Shown: piece by piece, positions 8,308 to 16,187 of the stretch
Layout: every line of letters begins with the position of its first letter
How positions within the stretch are numbered: the first letter of the stretch is position 1
From: Thermodesulfobacteriota bacterium
Lineage (GTDB): Bacteria > Desulfobacterota_D > UBA1144 > Nemesobacterales > UBA2774
DNA: 41,194 bases
Direction of reading: 5' to 3'
Assembly (NCBI GenBank): GCA_044451425.1
Contig: JBIOKC010000002.1
Span: forward strand, 1 to 41,194
Notes under the pieces: model-generated
Seen by the model: the letters and a program-made list of their open reading frames with translations, nothing else
Databases searched by the model: none
What the model was told of the DNA's origin: nothing
Made by a program: the position numbers and the translations under genes

Positions 8308-8924
8308 ACGCTCAATTCTATATTTTTCTTATTTCTCCTTCCAAACACCATGAGTTGATATCTATTCTGTATATGAAGTTTCTCGAAGATGTTTGTTATG
8401 TGCGCTTTGACCGTCTTGTCGCTTATTGAGAGTTTCTCGGCTATGGCTTTGTTGCTTACACCGGCCGCGATCAGTTTTATAATCCTCGCTTCTGTTCTGG
8501 TGATCTTGGCGAGTTCCAGTTCCTTTAACTTCAGTTTCTCGGGTCTGGTCTCTTTGTCCGATCCGTTTCTAATGAGCCTGATAAGCTCCGACGTGCTCGT
8601 CTCGTGATTTACGTTAATGAGATTGGGTGCGTGGGTCGCGATCGCGTCCCTATCAGTAAAAACTATTGTTTTAATATTGCCTGACCTGATAATTTTGGAT
8701 CTCAGCAGTTTCTGAATATCGTGTTCGCCCTCCCTATTGTCTATAAATACAGCTTTGGGCCTGTATTCCTTTATGCAGGTGTTTAATTCCCCCGTGCCGG
8801 ATGTTTCCGCCGCGACCTCTATATCGGTCTCGAATTCGAGAACCTTGCGCAGTCCGCCGAGAAAGAGCTTCGATTTTGATAAGAGGACTATCCTGATTTT
8901 TTTATCGGACGTAAAGCTTCCCAT
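8304..8924 (-). CDS. LuxR/NarL-type transcriptional regulator with a degenerate receiver domain
   Basis: 206 aa. C-terminal HTH_LuxR (ITRTEARIIKLIAAGVSNKAIAEKLSISDKTVKAHITNIFEKLHI). The REC-like N-terminus lacks the DD pair (VLLSKSKLFLGG) and the conserved Lys. Confidence 0.85.
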   Translation of the reverse strand: MGSFTSDKKIRIVLLSKSKLFLGGLRKVLEFETDIEVAAETSGTGELNTCIKEYRPKAVFIDNREGEHDIQKLLRSKIIRSGNIKTIVFTDRDAIATHAPNLINVNHETSTSELIRLIRNGSDKETRPEKLKLKELELAKITRTEARIIKLIAAGVSNKAIAEKLSISDKTVKAHITNIFEKLHIQNRYQLMVFGRRNKKNIELSV

Positions 8925-9333
8925 ACGGATTAATTGGCAAATGTTGTGCCGGGAACGGCTTTATTTAATCGCTACCCGCCTGTGTGTTGAGGGTCTTAAA
9001 ATTCTTGATTATTCATAGATTGTTACACAACTTATATTGAAAAATGATTAATCGAGGTCTAATTTATGGTTTTGGGATCGAGAAGTTTAGACTTGAATGT
9101 CAGACAAATTTGAGGATAATCTAACAATTTATGTCATCCGGTTTCATATCAGGATTTAAGCCTGTCGTATATAAATAGCCGGCAAGTTTCGGTTGAGCTG
9201 CATCCGCTGTTTATTATTTGCATCGGAATATATTCAGGTAAAATGCCTGTATTCTTTTCAGTAATGATTAAAAGGGTTTCGTGTATGCTTAAAAATTTCG
9301 ATAAACTGCTCGAACAAGGGAACGGGAGGGTGA

Positions 9334-11610
9334 ATGAGTAAATCTCTTGTAATTGTTGAATCGCCTGCAAAGGCAAAGACCATTAAGAAGTTTCTCGGGA
9401 AGAGTTTCGACGTCGAGGCGTCTTCGGGGCATCTCGTGGACCTTCCGAGCAGCAAGCTCGGTGTTGACATAGAAAACGATTTCAACCCCCAGTATGTGGT
9501 GATAAAGGGCAAGAGTAAATATCTGAACCATCTGAAGAAGGCGGCAAAGGACGCGGACAAAGTATATCTGGCCTCGGACCCGGACAGGGAAGGTGAGGCT
9601 ATCGCGTGGCATCTGGCCGATAAACTGAATATAAGGGATAAATCCCACCGCGTTCTCATACATGAAATAACTGAGAACGCCGTTAGGGACTCCTTAAATC
9701 ATCCGACTACGCTCAGCCGGGATAGGTTCGAGGCACAGCAGGCGAGGAGGATACTTGACCGTCTCGTCGGGTATCAGGTAAGCCCTATCCTCTGGCGGAA
9801 AGTCAAAAAGGGGCTCAGCGCCGGCAGGGTACAGAGCGTCGCTCTCAGGCTCGTCGTCGACAGGGAACGAGAGATAGAGGCGTTCAAGTCGGTGGAGTAC
9901 TGGACTATAGAGGCAGATTTAAAAAAGCAGAATGACGCCACTGAGTATTCATTCACCGCGGCGTTTCATTCCTATGACGGCGCGAAGGTCGAAATATCCG
10001 ACGCAACCCGCGCCAACTCGATTGTGGAGTCAGTAAGAAATGAAAAGTTCATAGTCAGCTCGGTTGAAAGAAAAGAGAGGAAAAAGAACGCGCTTCCGCC
10101 GTTCATAACGAGCACTCTCCAGCAGGAGGCTTCGAGGAAGCTCAGGTTCTCCGTTAAAAAGACTATGATGCTTGCTCAGAAACTCTACGAAGGCATCGAG
10201 CTCGGCGAAGAGGGTCCTGTAGGGCTCATAACTTACATGAGGACGGACTCCGTAAGGATTTCCGAGAACGCGCTCTCGGAGGCGCGTGAATTGATAAAGC
10301 AAACATACGGGAACGAATACCTCCCTCAGAAACCCAACACCTTTAAGGTAAAGAAATCTGCTCAGGACGCTCACGAGGCTATAAGGCCCACTTACGTAAA
10401 CAAACTCCCTGACTCCGTAAGGCAGTACCTGCCCGACGACGAATTCCAGCTCTATAAGCTGATCTGGCAGAGGTTCGTCGCCTCTCAGATGACCCCCACT
10501 ATCTACGACCAGACGACCGTCGAGATAAAGGCGGGAAGGGGGATTTTCAGAGCAACAGGCTCGATTGTGAAATTCCCGGGGTTCTCCGCCGTATACATGG
10601 AGGGTATGGAAGAGGAGGAGGAAGAAAAAGAGAAGGACGAAATGAGAAAGCTCCCGGAGCTTTCGAAAGACGAGGTGCTCGACCTACTGGGCATCGATGG
10701 CAAGCAGCATTTCACCCAGCCGCCCCCGAGGTTCACGGAAAGCTCGCTCGTAAAGGAGCTCGAGGAAAAGGGCATCGGACGCCCATCTACCTACGCGACC
10801 ATACTCTCGACTATAGTCGATCGGGATTACGTGACTAAAGAGAAGAGCAAGCTCAAGCCCACTCTCTTGGGCCGCTCCGTTAACGACCTCCTCGTTCAGG
10901 GTTTCCCCGAAATCATGGACGTACAGTTCACGGCCGATATGGAAGAGAAGCTCGATAACGTCGAAGAAGGCAACGCAAACTGGGTCGAGCTGCTCAGGGG
11001 GTTCTATAAGGGATTTTCCTCGCGGCTCGACAAGGCGCAGGACTCCTTGAAGAGCCTCAAGAGGGACGGGATACCGACCGATATCAAGTGCGATGTCTGC
11101 GGCTCTAACATGATAATAAAATGGGGCAGGAACGGGGAATTTCTCTCGTGCTCGCGCTACCCCGAATGCAAGAGCGCCAAGGCTTTCGAGTACGACCTCG
11201 ACGGCAACATAAAAGTAATAGAGAAAGCCGAGCCCAAGATACGTGAAGACATAAAGTGTGAGAAGTGCGGCGCCTCGATGGTTATAAAAAAGAGCAGGAG
11301 AGGCGAGTTTCTGGCCTGCACGCGCTACCCGGACTGCAAAAACGCGAAGGCCTTCCAGATAGACCCCGACGGCAACATAAAAGTAATAGAGAAAGCCGAG
11401 CCCGAGATACGCGAAGATATAAAGTGTGAGAAGTGCGGCAAGCCCATGGCCGTGAGGCGCGGAAGGTTCGGCAAATTCCTCGGCTGCACGGGTTATCCCA
11501 AGTGCAGGAAAATCAAGGGAATCGACGAGAATGGGAACCCTATTGACGCAAAGGACGGCAAGGGGCAGAACCGTAAAAAGGTCGGCAAGGAAGAAGCGCT
11601 CCTCAACTGA
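9334..11610 (+). CDS. topA: DNA topoisomerase I with three C-terminal C4 zinc ribbons
   Basis: 758 aa with a GGGAGGG RBS. TOPRIM motifs (VIVESPAKAKTI, DPDREGEAI), the active-site Tyr in ITYMRTDS, and three CxxC...CxxxxxC modules at the C-terminus. Confidence 0.97.
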   Translation: MSKSLVIVESPAKAKTIKKFLGKSFDVEASSGHLVDLPSSKLGVDIENDFNPQYVVIKGKSKYLNHLKKAAKDADKVYLASDPDREGEAIAWHLADKLNIRDKSHRVLIHEITENAVRDSLNHPTTLSRDRFEAQQARRILDRLVGYQVSPILWRKVKKGLSAGRVQSVALRLVVDREREIEAFKSVEYWTIEADLKKQNDATEYSFTAAFHSYDGAKVEISDATRANSIVESVRNEKFIVSSVERKERKKNALPPFITSTLQQEASRKLRFSVKKTMMLAQKLYEGIELGEEGPVGLITYMRTDSVRISENALSEARELIKQTYGNEYLPQKPNTFKVKKSAQDAHEAIRPTYVNKLPDSVRQYLPDDEFQLYKLIWQRFVASQMTPTIYDQTTVEIKAGRGIFRATGSIVKFPGFSAVYMEGMEEEEEEKEKDEMRKLPELSKDEVLDLLGIDGKQHFTQPPPRFTESSLVKELEEKGIGRPSTYATILSTIVDRDYVTKEKSKLKPTLLGRSVNDLLVQGFPEIMDVQFTADMEEKLDNVEEGNANWVELLRGFYKGFSSRLDKAQDSLKSLKRDGIPTDIKCDVCGSNMIIKWGRNGEFLSCSRYPECKSAKAFEYDLDGNIKVIEKAEPKIREDIKCEKCGASMVIKKSRRGEFLACTRYPDCKNAKAFQIDPDGNIKVIEKAEPEIREDIKCEKCGKPMAVRRGRFGKFLGCTGYPKCRKIKGIDENGNPIDAKDGKGQNRKKVGKEEALLN
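11200..11439 (+). repeat. Tandem duplication inside topA with a 168-nt (56-codon) period. The 72-nt cores (11200-11271 and 11368-11439) are 69/72 identical.
   Basis: Direct comparison of the two segments (gacggcaacataaaagtaatagagaaagccgagccc...aagtgtgagaagtgcggc). The flanking zinc-ribbon codons are clearly more diverged; I estimate about 75 percent identity by eye. Confidence 0.9.
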
Positions 11611-11696
11611 AGCGGTATGTCGTTTACGCTCGACCCCGGAATTTATATTGACACGGGTCGCATATCGAATACCCTAAATTAGAACTAACGCTGAAT

Positions 11697-12764
11697 ATGG
11701 AAAGGATCTCTAGGCAGATAACTCTTGGAGGTATAAAGGTGGGCGGGGGCGCGTCCGTGACCGTTCAGTCCATGACGAAGACCAATACGAGAGACGTAGC
11801 GGCAACCGTCGCCCAGATTAAGAGCTTAGAGAGGGCCGGGTGCGACATCGTGCGCCTCGCCGTTCCCGATATGGAGGCGGCAAGGGCCCTCGGAAAGATT
11901 AAAAAACAGACTAGGATACCCATAGTATCCGATATACATTTCGATTACCGTCTCGCACTGGAGGCAGTGAAGCAGGGCGTTGACGGCATGAGGATCAATC
12001 CCGGAAATATCGGGGCATGGTACAGGATAAAGGCCGTAGTCGACGCCGTTCGCGAAAGAGGCATACCCATAAGGATTGGCGTCAATTCGGGATCGCTGGA
12101 GAAAGACATTTTAAAAAAACACGGCTCCCCTACTGCTGAAGCGCTTGCCGAAAGCGCGCTGAGACACGTATCCATACTCGAAGACCTCGATTTCAGGGAT
12201 ACAAAGATTTCCGTAAAATCCACCGACGTTAGGAAGATGATAGCCGCTTACCGAATATTAGCAGAGACGACCGACTATCCGCTCCATCTGGGGGTCACCG
12301 AGGCGGGTACATACGAGATGGGCACGATCAAATCCTCTGTGGGCATCGGTACGCTGCTCGCAGAGGGCATCGGCGACACTATAAGGGTATCTCTCACCGG
12401 CGACCCGGTCGAAGAGATAGCAGTGGGTATCAATATCCTGAGGTCGCTCGGGTTAAGGAGGCACGGGATAGAGCTCATTTCTTGCCCCGGGTGCGGCAGG
12501 CTCGAGATCGATCTCATGAAGCTAGTGAAAGATGTTGAGGACAGGATAACAGGGATTGAGTTGCCGAGGCCCATAAAGATCGCGATACTGGGTTGTGTCG
12601 TAAACGGACCTGGAGAGGCTTCTGAGGCCGATATAGGGATCGCGGGCGGGCGCGGCAAGGGCATGCTCTACAAGGACGGAAAACTAGTCCGCTCGTTTAA
12701 AGAAGCCGAGATAGTAGAGGAGCTCGTTAAAGAGCTCGAGACATTCGCCGAGCATGTCAATTGA
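11697..12764 (+). CDS. ispG: 4-hydroxy-3-methylbut-2-en-1-yl diphosphate synthase (flavodoxin)
   Basis: 355 aa. Motifs VQSMTKT, VRLAVPD, DIHFDYRLAL and the Fe-S ligand motifs ISCPGCGR and GCVVNGPGE. Confidence 0.96.
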   Translation: MERISRQITLGGIKVGGGASVTVQSMTKTNTRDVAATVAQIKSLERAGCDIVRLAVPDMEAARALGKIKKQTRIPIVSDIHFDYRLALEAVKQGVDGMRINPGNIGAWYRIKAVVDAVRERGIPIRIGVNSGSLEKDILKKHGSPTAEALAESALRHVSILEDLDFRDTKISVKSTDVRKMIAAYRILAETTDYPLHLGVTEAGTYEMGTIKSSVGIGTLLAEGIGDTIRVSLTGDPVEEIAVGINILRSLGLRRHGIELISCPGCGRLEIDLMKLVKDVEDRITGIELPRPIKIAILGCVVNGPGEASEADIGIAGGRGKGMLYKDGKLVRSFKEAEIVEELVKELETFAEHVN

Positions 12765-12813
12765 TGTAGTTGAAAACCCTCTTCCCAATCGTAAGGGAAC
12801 AATCTGAATCTTT

Positions 12814-12948
12814 GTCATTTCCTAGTGTCTTTATCGGGAATCTGCATTCTGTCATGCCGAAATCGTTTCAGCGTCTTAACTATTTATATTTTCTTTCTTT
12901 CAATTCCTTCTCCCCCCGCCGAGGGGAAAGCTGGGATGCCGGAAATCG
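12814..12948. repeat. Short dispersed intergenic palindromic elements, copy set 2
   Basis: GTCATTTCC...CGGGAATCTGCATTCTG and CTTTCAATTCCTTCTCCCCCCGCCGAGGGGA share cores with the elements at 4059-4225 and 34337-34527. Confidence 0.55.
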
Positions 12949-13088
12949 TTAAACATTATTTGCCCTGCGCTGGTCGCCAGTCTAGCAGGAGCGTAAAAGA
13001 TTGGGCGTGATGTCTCTGGTTACGGTAGCTATATCATACCGGTAAACAAAAAACTCGTATCAATCCATCCCAGCATCTTTTATACTTT

Positions 13089-14192
13089 TTGCATGAAATG
13101 CAAGTTGGTTATTTATCACACATGGAGTATCGATTTGTGAGAAGTCAGACGCCGGGTATAAAAGGCAGGGGCTCAGCCGAAAATCCCGCGAACCGTTTCG
13201 AGAAGATCGAGTACGAGCCTTCCGAGGAGGAGATATCGGATGGTATTTCTCCGAGGACTGTATTTTATAAGGACACGACGAGATCGATCATAACCTATAA
13301 CGACAGCCCGGACGTCGGATTCAACGTAGGCATCAACCCTTACCGGGGATGCGAGCACGGATGCGTATACTGCTACGCGAGACCCACTCACGAGTTTCTG
13401 GGACTCTCCCTCGGGCTTGATTTCGAATCGAAGATATTCGTTAAGGAAGACGCGCCCGTACTTCTTAGAAAAGAGCTCTCATCCCCTAAATACGTCCCCG
13501 ACACGATAGCGATAAGCGGCAATACCGATTGCTACCAGCCGGCGGAGCGCCGCTTCAGACTCACGCGCGCGTGTCTTGAGGTGCTCTCGGAGTTCAGAAA
13601 CCCGGCAGGCATAGTGACCAAGAACCACCTCGTCACGCGTGATATAGACATCCTTAAGGGTTTTGCCGAGTGGAACGGCGTTCTGGTTGCGCTCTCCATA
13701 ACGACGCTCGATCCCGAATTGAAGAGTCTCATGGAGCCCCGCACGTCCGAACCCCGTATGAGACTCCGCGCGATAGAGGAGCTGTCTAACAGCGGCATCC
13801 CCGTTATCGTAATGGTCGCTCCTGTAATTCCCGGTCTCACCGACCATGAGATTCCCAATATTATTAAAAGTGCATCTGATGCCGGTGCCGCAAGCGCGGG
13901 CTTCATTATGCTCAGACTGCCCTACGGAGTATCTGACCTCTTTACGGCGTGGCTCGACAGACATTTTCCCTATAGAAGGGATAAGGTGCTCGAGAGAATC
14001 AGGTCCGTGAGAGGAGGTAAATTGAACGGCGCGGAGTTCTTTGACAGAATGCGGGGTGAAGGGATTTACGCCGATCAGGTGAGGGATCTCTTTGAAGTAG
14101 CCTGCAGAAAAGCGGGCTTTGACGGATGCAGAGTGAGTCTCTCTACCGAGCACTTCAAGTGGCCCGGAGGACAACAGCTAAGACTCTTCTGA
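13089..14192 (+). CDS. PA0069-family radical SAM protein. The start is uncertain: TTG 13089, ATG 13098 or 13122, or GTG 13137 preceded by GGAG.
   Basis: KGRGSAENPANRF N-terminus, YRGCEHGCVYCYA radical-SAM cluster motif, about 360 aa. Confidence 0.85.
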   Translation: MHEMQVGYLSHMEYRFVRSQTPGIKGRGSAENPANRFEKIEYEPSEEEISDGISPRTVFYKDTTRSIITYNDSPDVGFNVGINPYRGCEHGCVYCYARPTHEFLGLSLGLDFESKIFVKEDAPVLLRKELSSPKYVPDTIAISGNTDCYQPAERRFRLTRACLEVLSEFRNPAGIVTKNHLVTRDIDILKGFAEWNGVLVALSITTLDPELKSLMEPRTSEPRMRLRAIEELSNSGIPVIVMVAPVIPGLTDHEIPNIIKSASDAGAASAGFIMLRLPYGVSDLFTAWLDRHFPYRRDKVLERIRSVRGGKLNGAEFFDRMRGEGIYADQVRDLFEVACRKAGFDGCRVSLSTEHFKWPGGQQLRLF

Positions 14193-14197
14193 ATACG

Positions 14198-14220
14198 ACC
14201 GGGTCAGGCCGCCTCCCGGT
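14198..14220. terminator. Hairpin between convergent genes; a possible bidirectional terminator
   Basis: ACCGGG (14198-14203) pairs with CCCGGT (14215-14220) across an 11-nt loop. It lies between the stops of the radical SAM gene and the 480-aa gene. There is no strong U-tract. Confidence 0.3.
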
Positions 14221-14252
14221 TACGGTCTTAAAATACTCTTCTCTCGTGTGCG

Positions 14253-15695
14253 CTACCGGTTGAAAGGCACGGCGGTGATAACGTCTATCTTCACTTCTTG
14301 CGGTATCGCGTTCAGATATCCCGCCTTTATGTTCCTGAAAGTTTTTTTGCTGTTGGCCGGCAGCACATCTTTTATGAAGGCCTTGTTCGAGAACATAGGC
14401 GTCCCTTCTTTAAATGAATAGAACTCGATCTTGAGCTCAATATTCGTATACGTGATATCGCTTGAGTTTTGTAGGGTTATTTCGTCTATTATTCCTATAG
14501 TCCCGGTTACGCCGCCTCCCCATTTGAAGTCCGCTACCTGAATATCCTCGTCCGGCACAGGCGCTTCCTCCTCGTATTCATACTCCTCGCCCTCTTCACC
14601 CTTGCCCTGTGCCTGTTCGCCCTGGGCTGCCTGTTCCGACCCCGCCCCGGTCGTGGCCTCTTTCGCAGGCTCGGCCCCCTGTGCGGTCTTTTCAGATGCA
14701 GCCTGGGCGCCGGTCTCCCCAGTTGTGCCTTCTACGGTCTCTCCCTTCTGCTTGGCGAGCTTCTGCTTGTAACGTTCTGATAAGGATAGCTCCTTCTGAC
14801 TTTCTGGTACCGCGCCACCTCTGGTCTCGGTCCCGGGCGTCGTCCCTTCTTGCGGTACTACTGCTTTCTTCTTTTTCTTCTTTACAGCCTTCTTCCCTGT
14901 AGCTTTGGCCGTCTTGATCTTGAGTTCCTTCTCCGAGATGGGCCGTGCGCTCATGACGCTAATGTCCACATTCCTGGCGTCGGGATGCCTGAACCCTACG
15001 TTCACGTCGTGATACGTACGCTCGCTCTTTGCCGGCAGTGTATCATGTATAGTCGCCCTGCTCGTAAAACCCCTTACTCCCACCTTGGCACTGGGGATTC
15101 CCAGGAAATCGACCCTTATCTTTATATCCCTCCAGTTTTCGCTACTCTTGTTTACGAGAGTGATGCTTTTCAATATTCCCTCGGTCCCGTATGCCCCTCC
15201 GCTCCACTCCCAGTCCTTCACCAGTATGAGGTCCTTGGCCTGAAACGGGGCGCTTTTCTCAATGAGGTCCGCGTTCGCGATGCGCGCGACAGTATGCTGA
15301 AGTTCGGCGCTCATGATGCCGAAGTTGACGTTGTAGAATGTCTTTTCGCTTCCGTGAGAGAGCACGTCGTGTATGGTGCCCCTTACAGAGCCCAAAGGTA
15401 TGTCGTTATTAGTATAGAGGTCGACTTCTATCGCGATATTCTCGTAGTCGTATTTGCCTATATTCTGAAGCGTGATCTCCTTCATTATTGCGGGCCCTCC
15501 CATTCCGCCCGAAGCCCATTTGTAATCCTTTACGACGAGCACCCTCTTCGGTGATTCCAACATTAGATCGGAGGGCTGGGCGGCCTGTACGGAAACGTTC
15601 ATAATTAAAAACGACAGGAGGAAGAGCGTCGAAATTGTTATAATGATATTCGATATTATGGTCTTAACAGCTTTATTTCCGGGCAAAAGATGCAT
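14253..15695 (-). CDS. Membrane-anchored or secreted protein with three copies of an uncharacterised ~95-aa domain and a K/E/G/T/A-rich low-complexity linker
   Basis: 480 aa with an AAGGAG RBS and an N-terminal hydrophobic anchor (IISNIIITISTLFLLSFLIMNV). The repeats lie at about aa 52-145, 155-255 and 385-478. They share [DW][YWF][KE]W.GG..G..GI..EITL.N.S...Y.NI......F......I.D.LPA.S.KT..N...G. Confidence 0.85.
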   Translation of the reverse strand: MHLLPGNKAVKTIISNIIITISTLFLLSFLIMNVSVQAAQPSDLMLESPKRVLVVKDYKWASGGMGGPAIMKEITLQNIGKYDYENIAIEVDLYTNNDIPLGSVRGTIHDVLSHGSEKTFYNVNFGIMSAELQHTVARIANADLIEKSAPFQAKDLILVKDWEWSGGAYGTEGILKSITLVNKSSENWRDIKIRVDFLGIPSAKVGVRGFTSRATIHDTLPAKSERTYHDVNVGFRHPDARNVDISVMSARPISEKELKIKTAKATGKKAVKKKKKKAVVPQEGTTPGTETRGGAVPESQKELSLSERYKQKLAKQKGETVEGTTGETGAQAASEKTAQGAEPAKEATTGAGSEQAAQGEQAQGKGEEGEEYEYEEEAPVPDEDIQVADFKWGGGVTGTIGIIDEITLQNSSDITYTNIELKIEFYSFKEGTPMFSNKAFIKDVLPANSKKTFRNIKAGYLNAIPQEVKIDVITAVPFNR

Positions 15696-15727
15696 CTTAT
15701 CTCCTTGGTTTCATAATGAGATCAGGT

Positions 15728-15747
15728 TATGATTATACATAATCATA
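15728..15747. promoter_or_regulatory. Perfect 9-2-9 palindrome TATGATTAT-AC-ATAATCATA overlapping a minus-strand TATAAT box
   Basis: Seen directly. The arms 15728-15736 and 15739-15747 are exact reverse complements. The minus strand reads TGTATAAT, with the TATAAT box (15737-15732) starting about 37 nt upstream of the ATG at 15695. Confidence 0.4.
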
Positions 15748-16187
15748 GTTGAAATTGTAGCGATGAAATATAATGGTTTTCCCCCGCCTCAATACATTGC
15801 GCGCAGCATTAGCTAATTTAGCGACACCGTAAAATTCGGGAGGCAGGAGTATATGGGGTAATTGACTTCTCTCCTGTAGCCCCATTACAATATTACCCTT
15901 TTTAAGTAAATTATACATATTCGATGTTGAGGGAATATCTCAGGATACTGAAAGAACATTCGGACGATGTATTCGGCGTGGGCGCACGGACTACCCTCTC
16001 CATATTTACGGTCTTGTCGATTGCCTGCATCGTCGTGCCTCTCCTTTTCTTCCTTATACTAATTCTGCATAAGCTTTTCTGAAAATCCTACGGACCGCCG
16101 GGCAACGCATTAATCGTGTGGTCTTGAGTGCTTCGTTCGCGCTGTTTTGACTCGTATTCTTCTTTTATGTAAACTGGCAAATACCAG

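Noticed and set aside
10600-10650. A GAG/GAA-rich run in topA as a possible repeat element.
   Set aside because: It is an in-frame acidic coding insert (MEEEEEEKEKDE) with no flanking repeat structure.
12770-13010. Two overlapping 60-aa plus-strand ORFs in the ispG-radical SAM spacer.
   Set aside because: They are built from the dispersed palindromic repeat modules. They have no RBS, and they overlap each other in different frames.
15728-15747. A dif/Xer recombination site.
   Set aside because: The arms next to the central spacer read GATT/AATC rather than the conserved ATAA/TTAT. The outer XerC/XerD arm consensus is not present.
15733-15918. A 61-aa minus-strand ORF upstream of the repeat-protein gene.
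   Set aside because: It has no Shine-Dalgarno sequence and no recognisable features. It runs through the palindrome and promoter region of the downstream gene.
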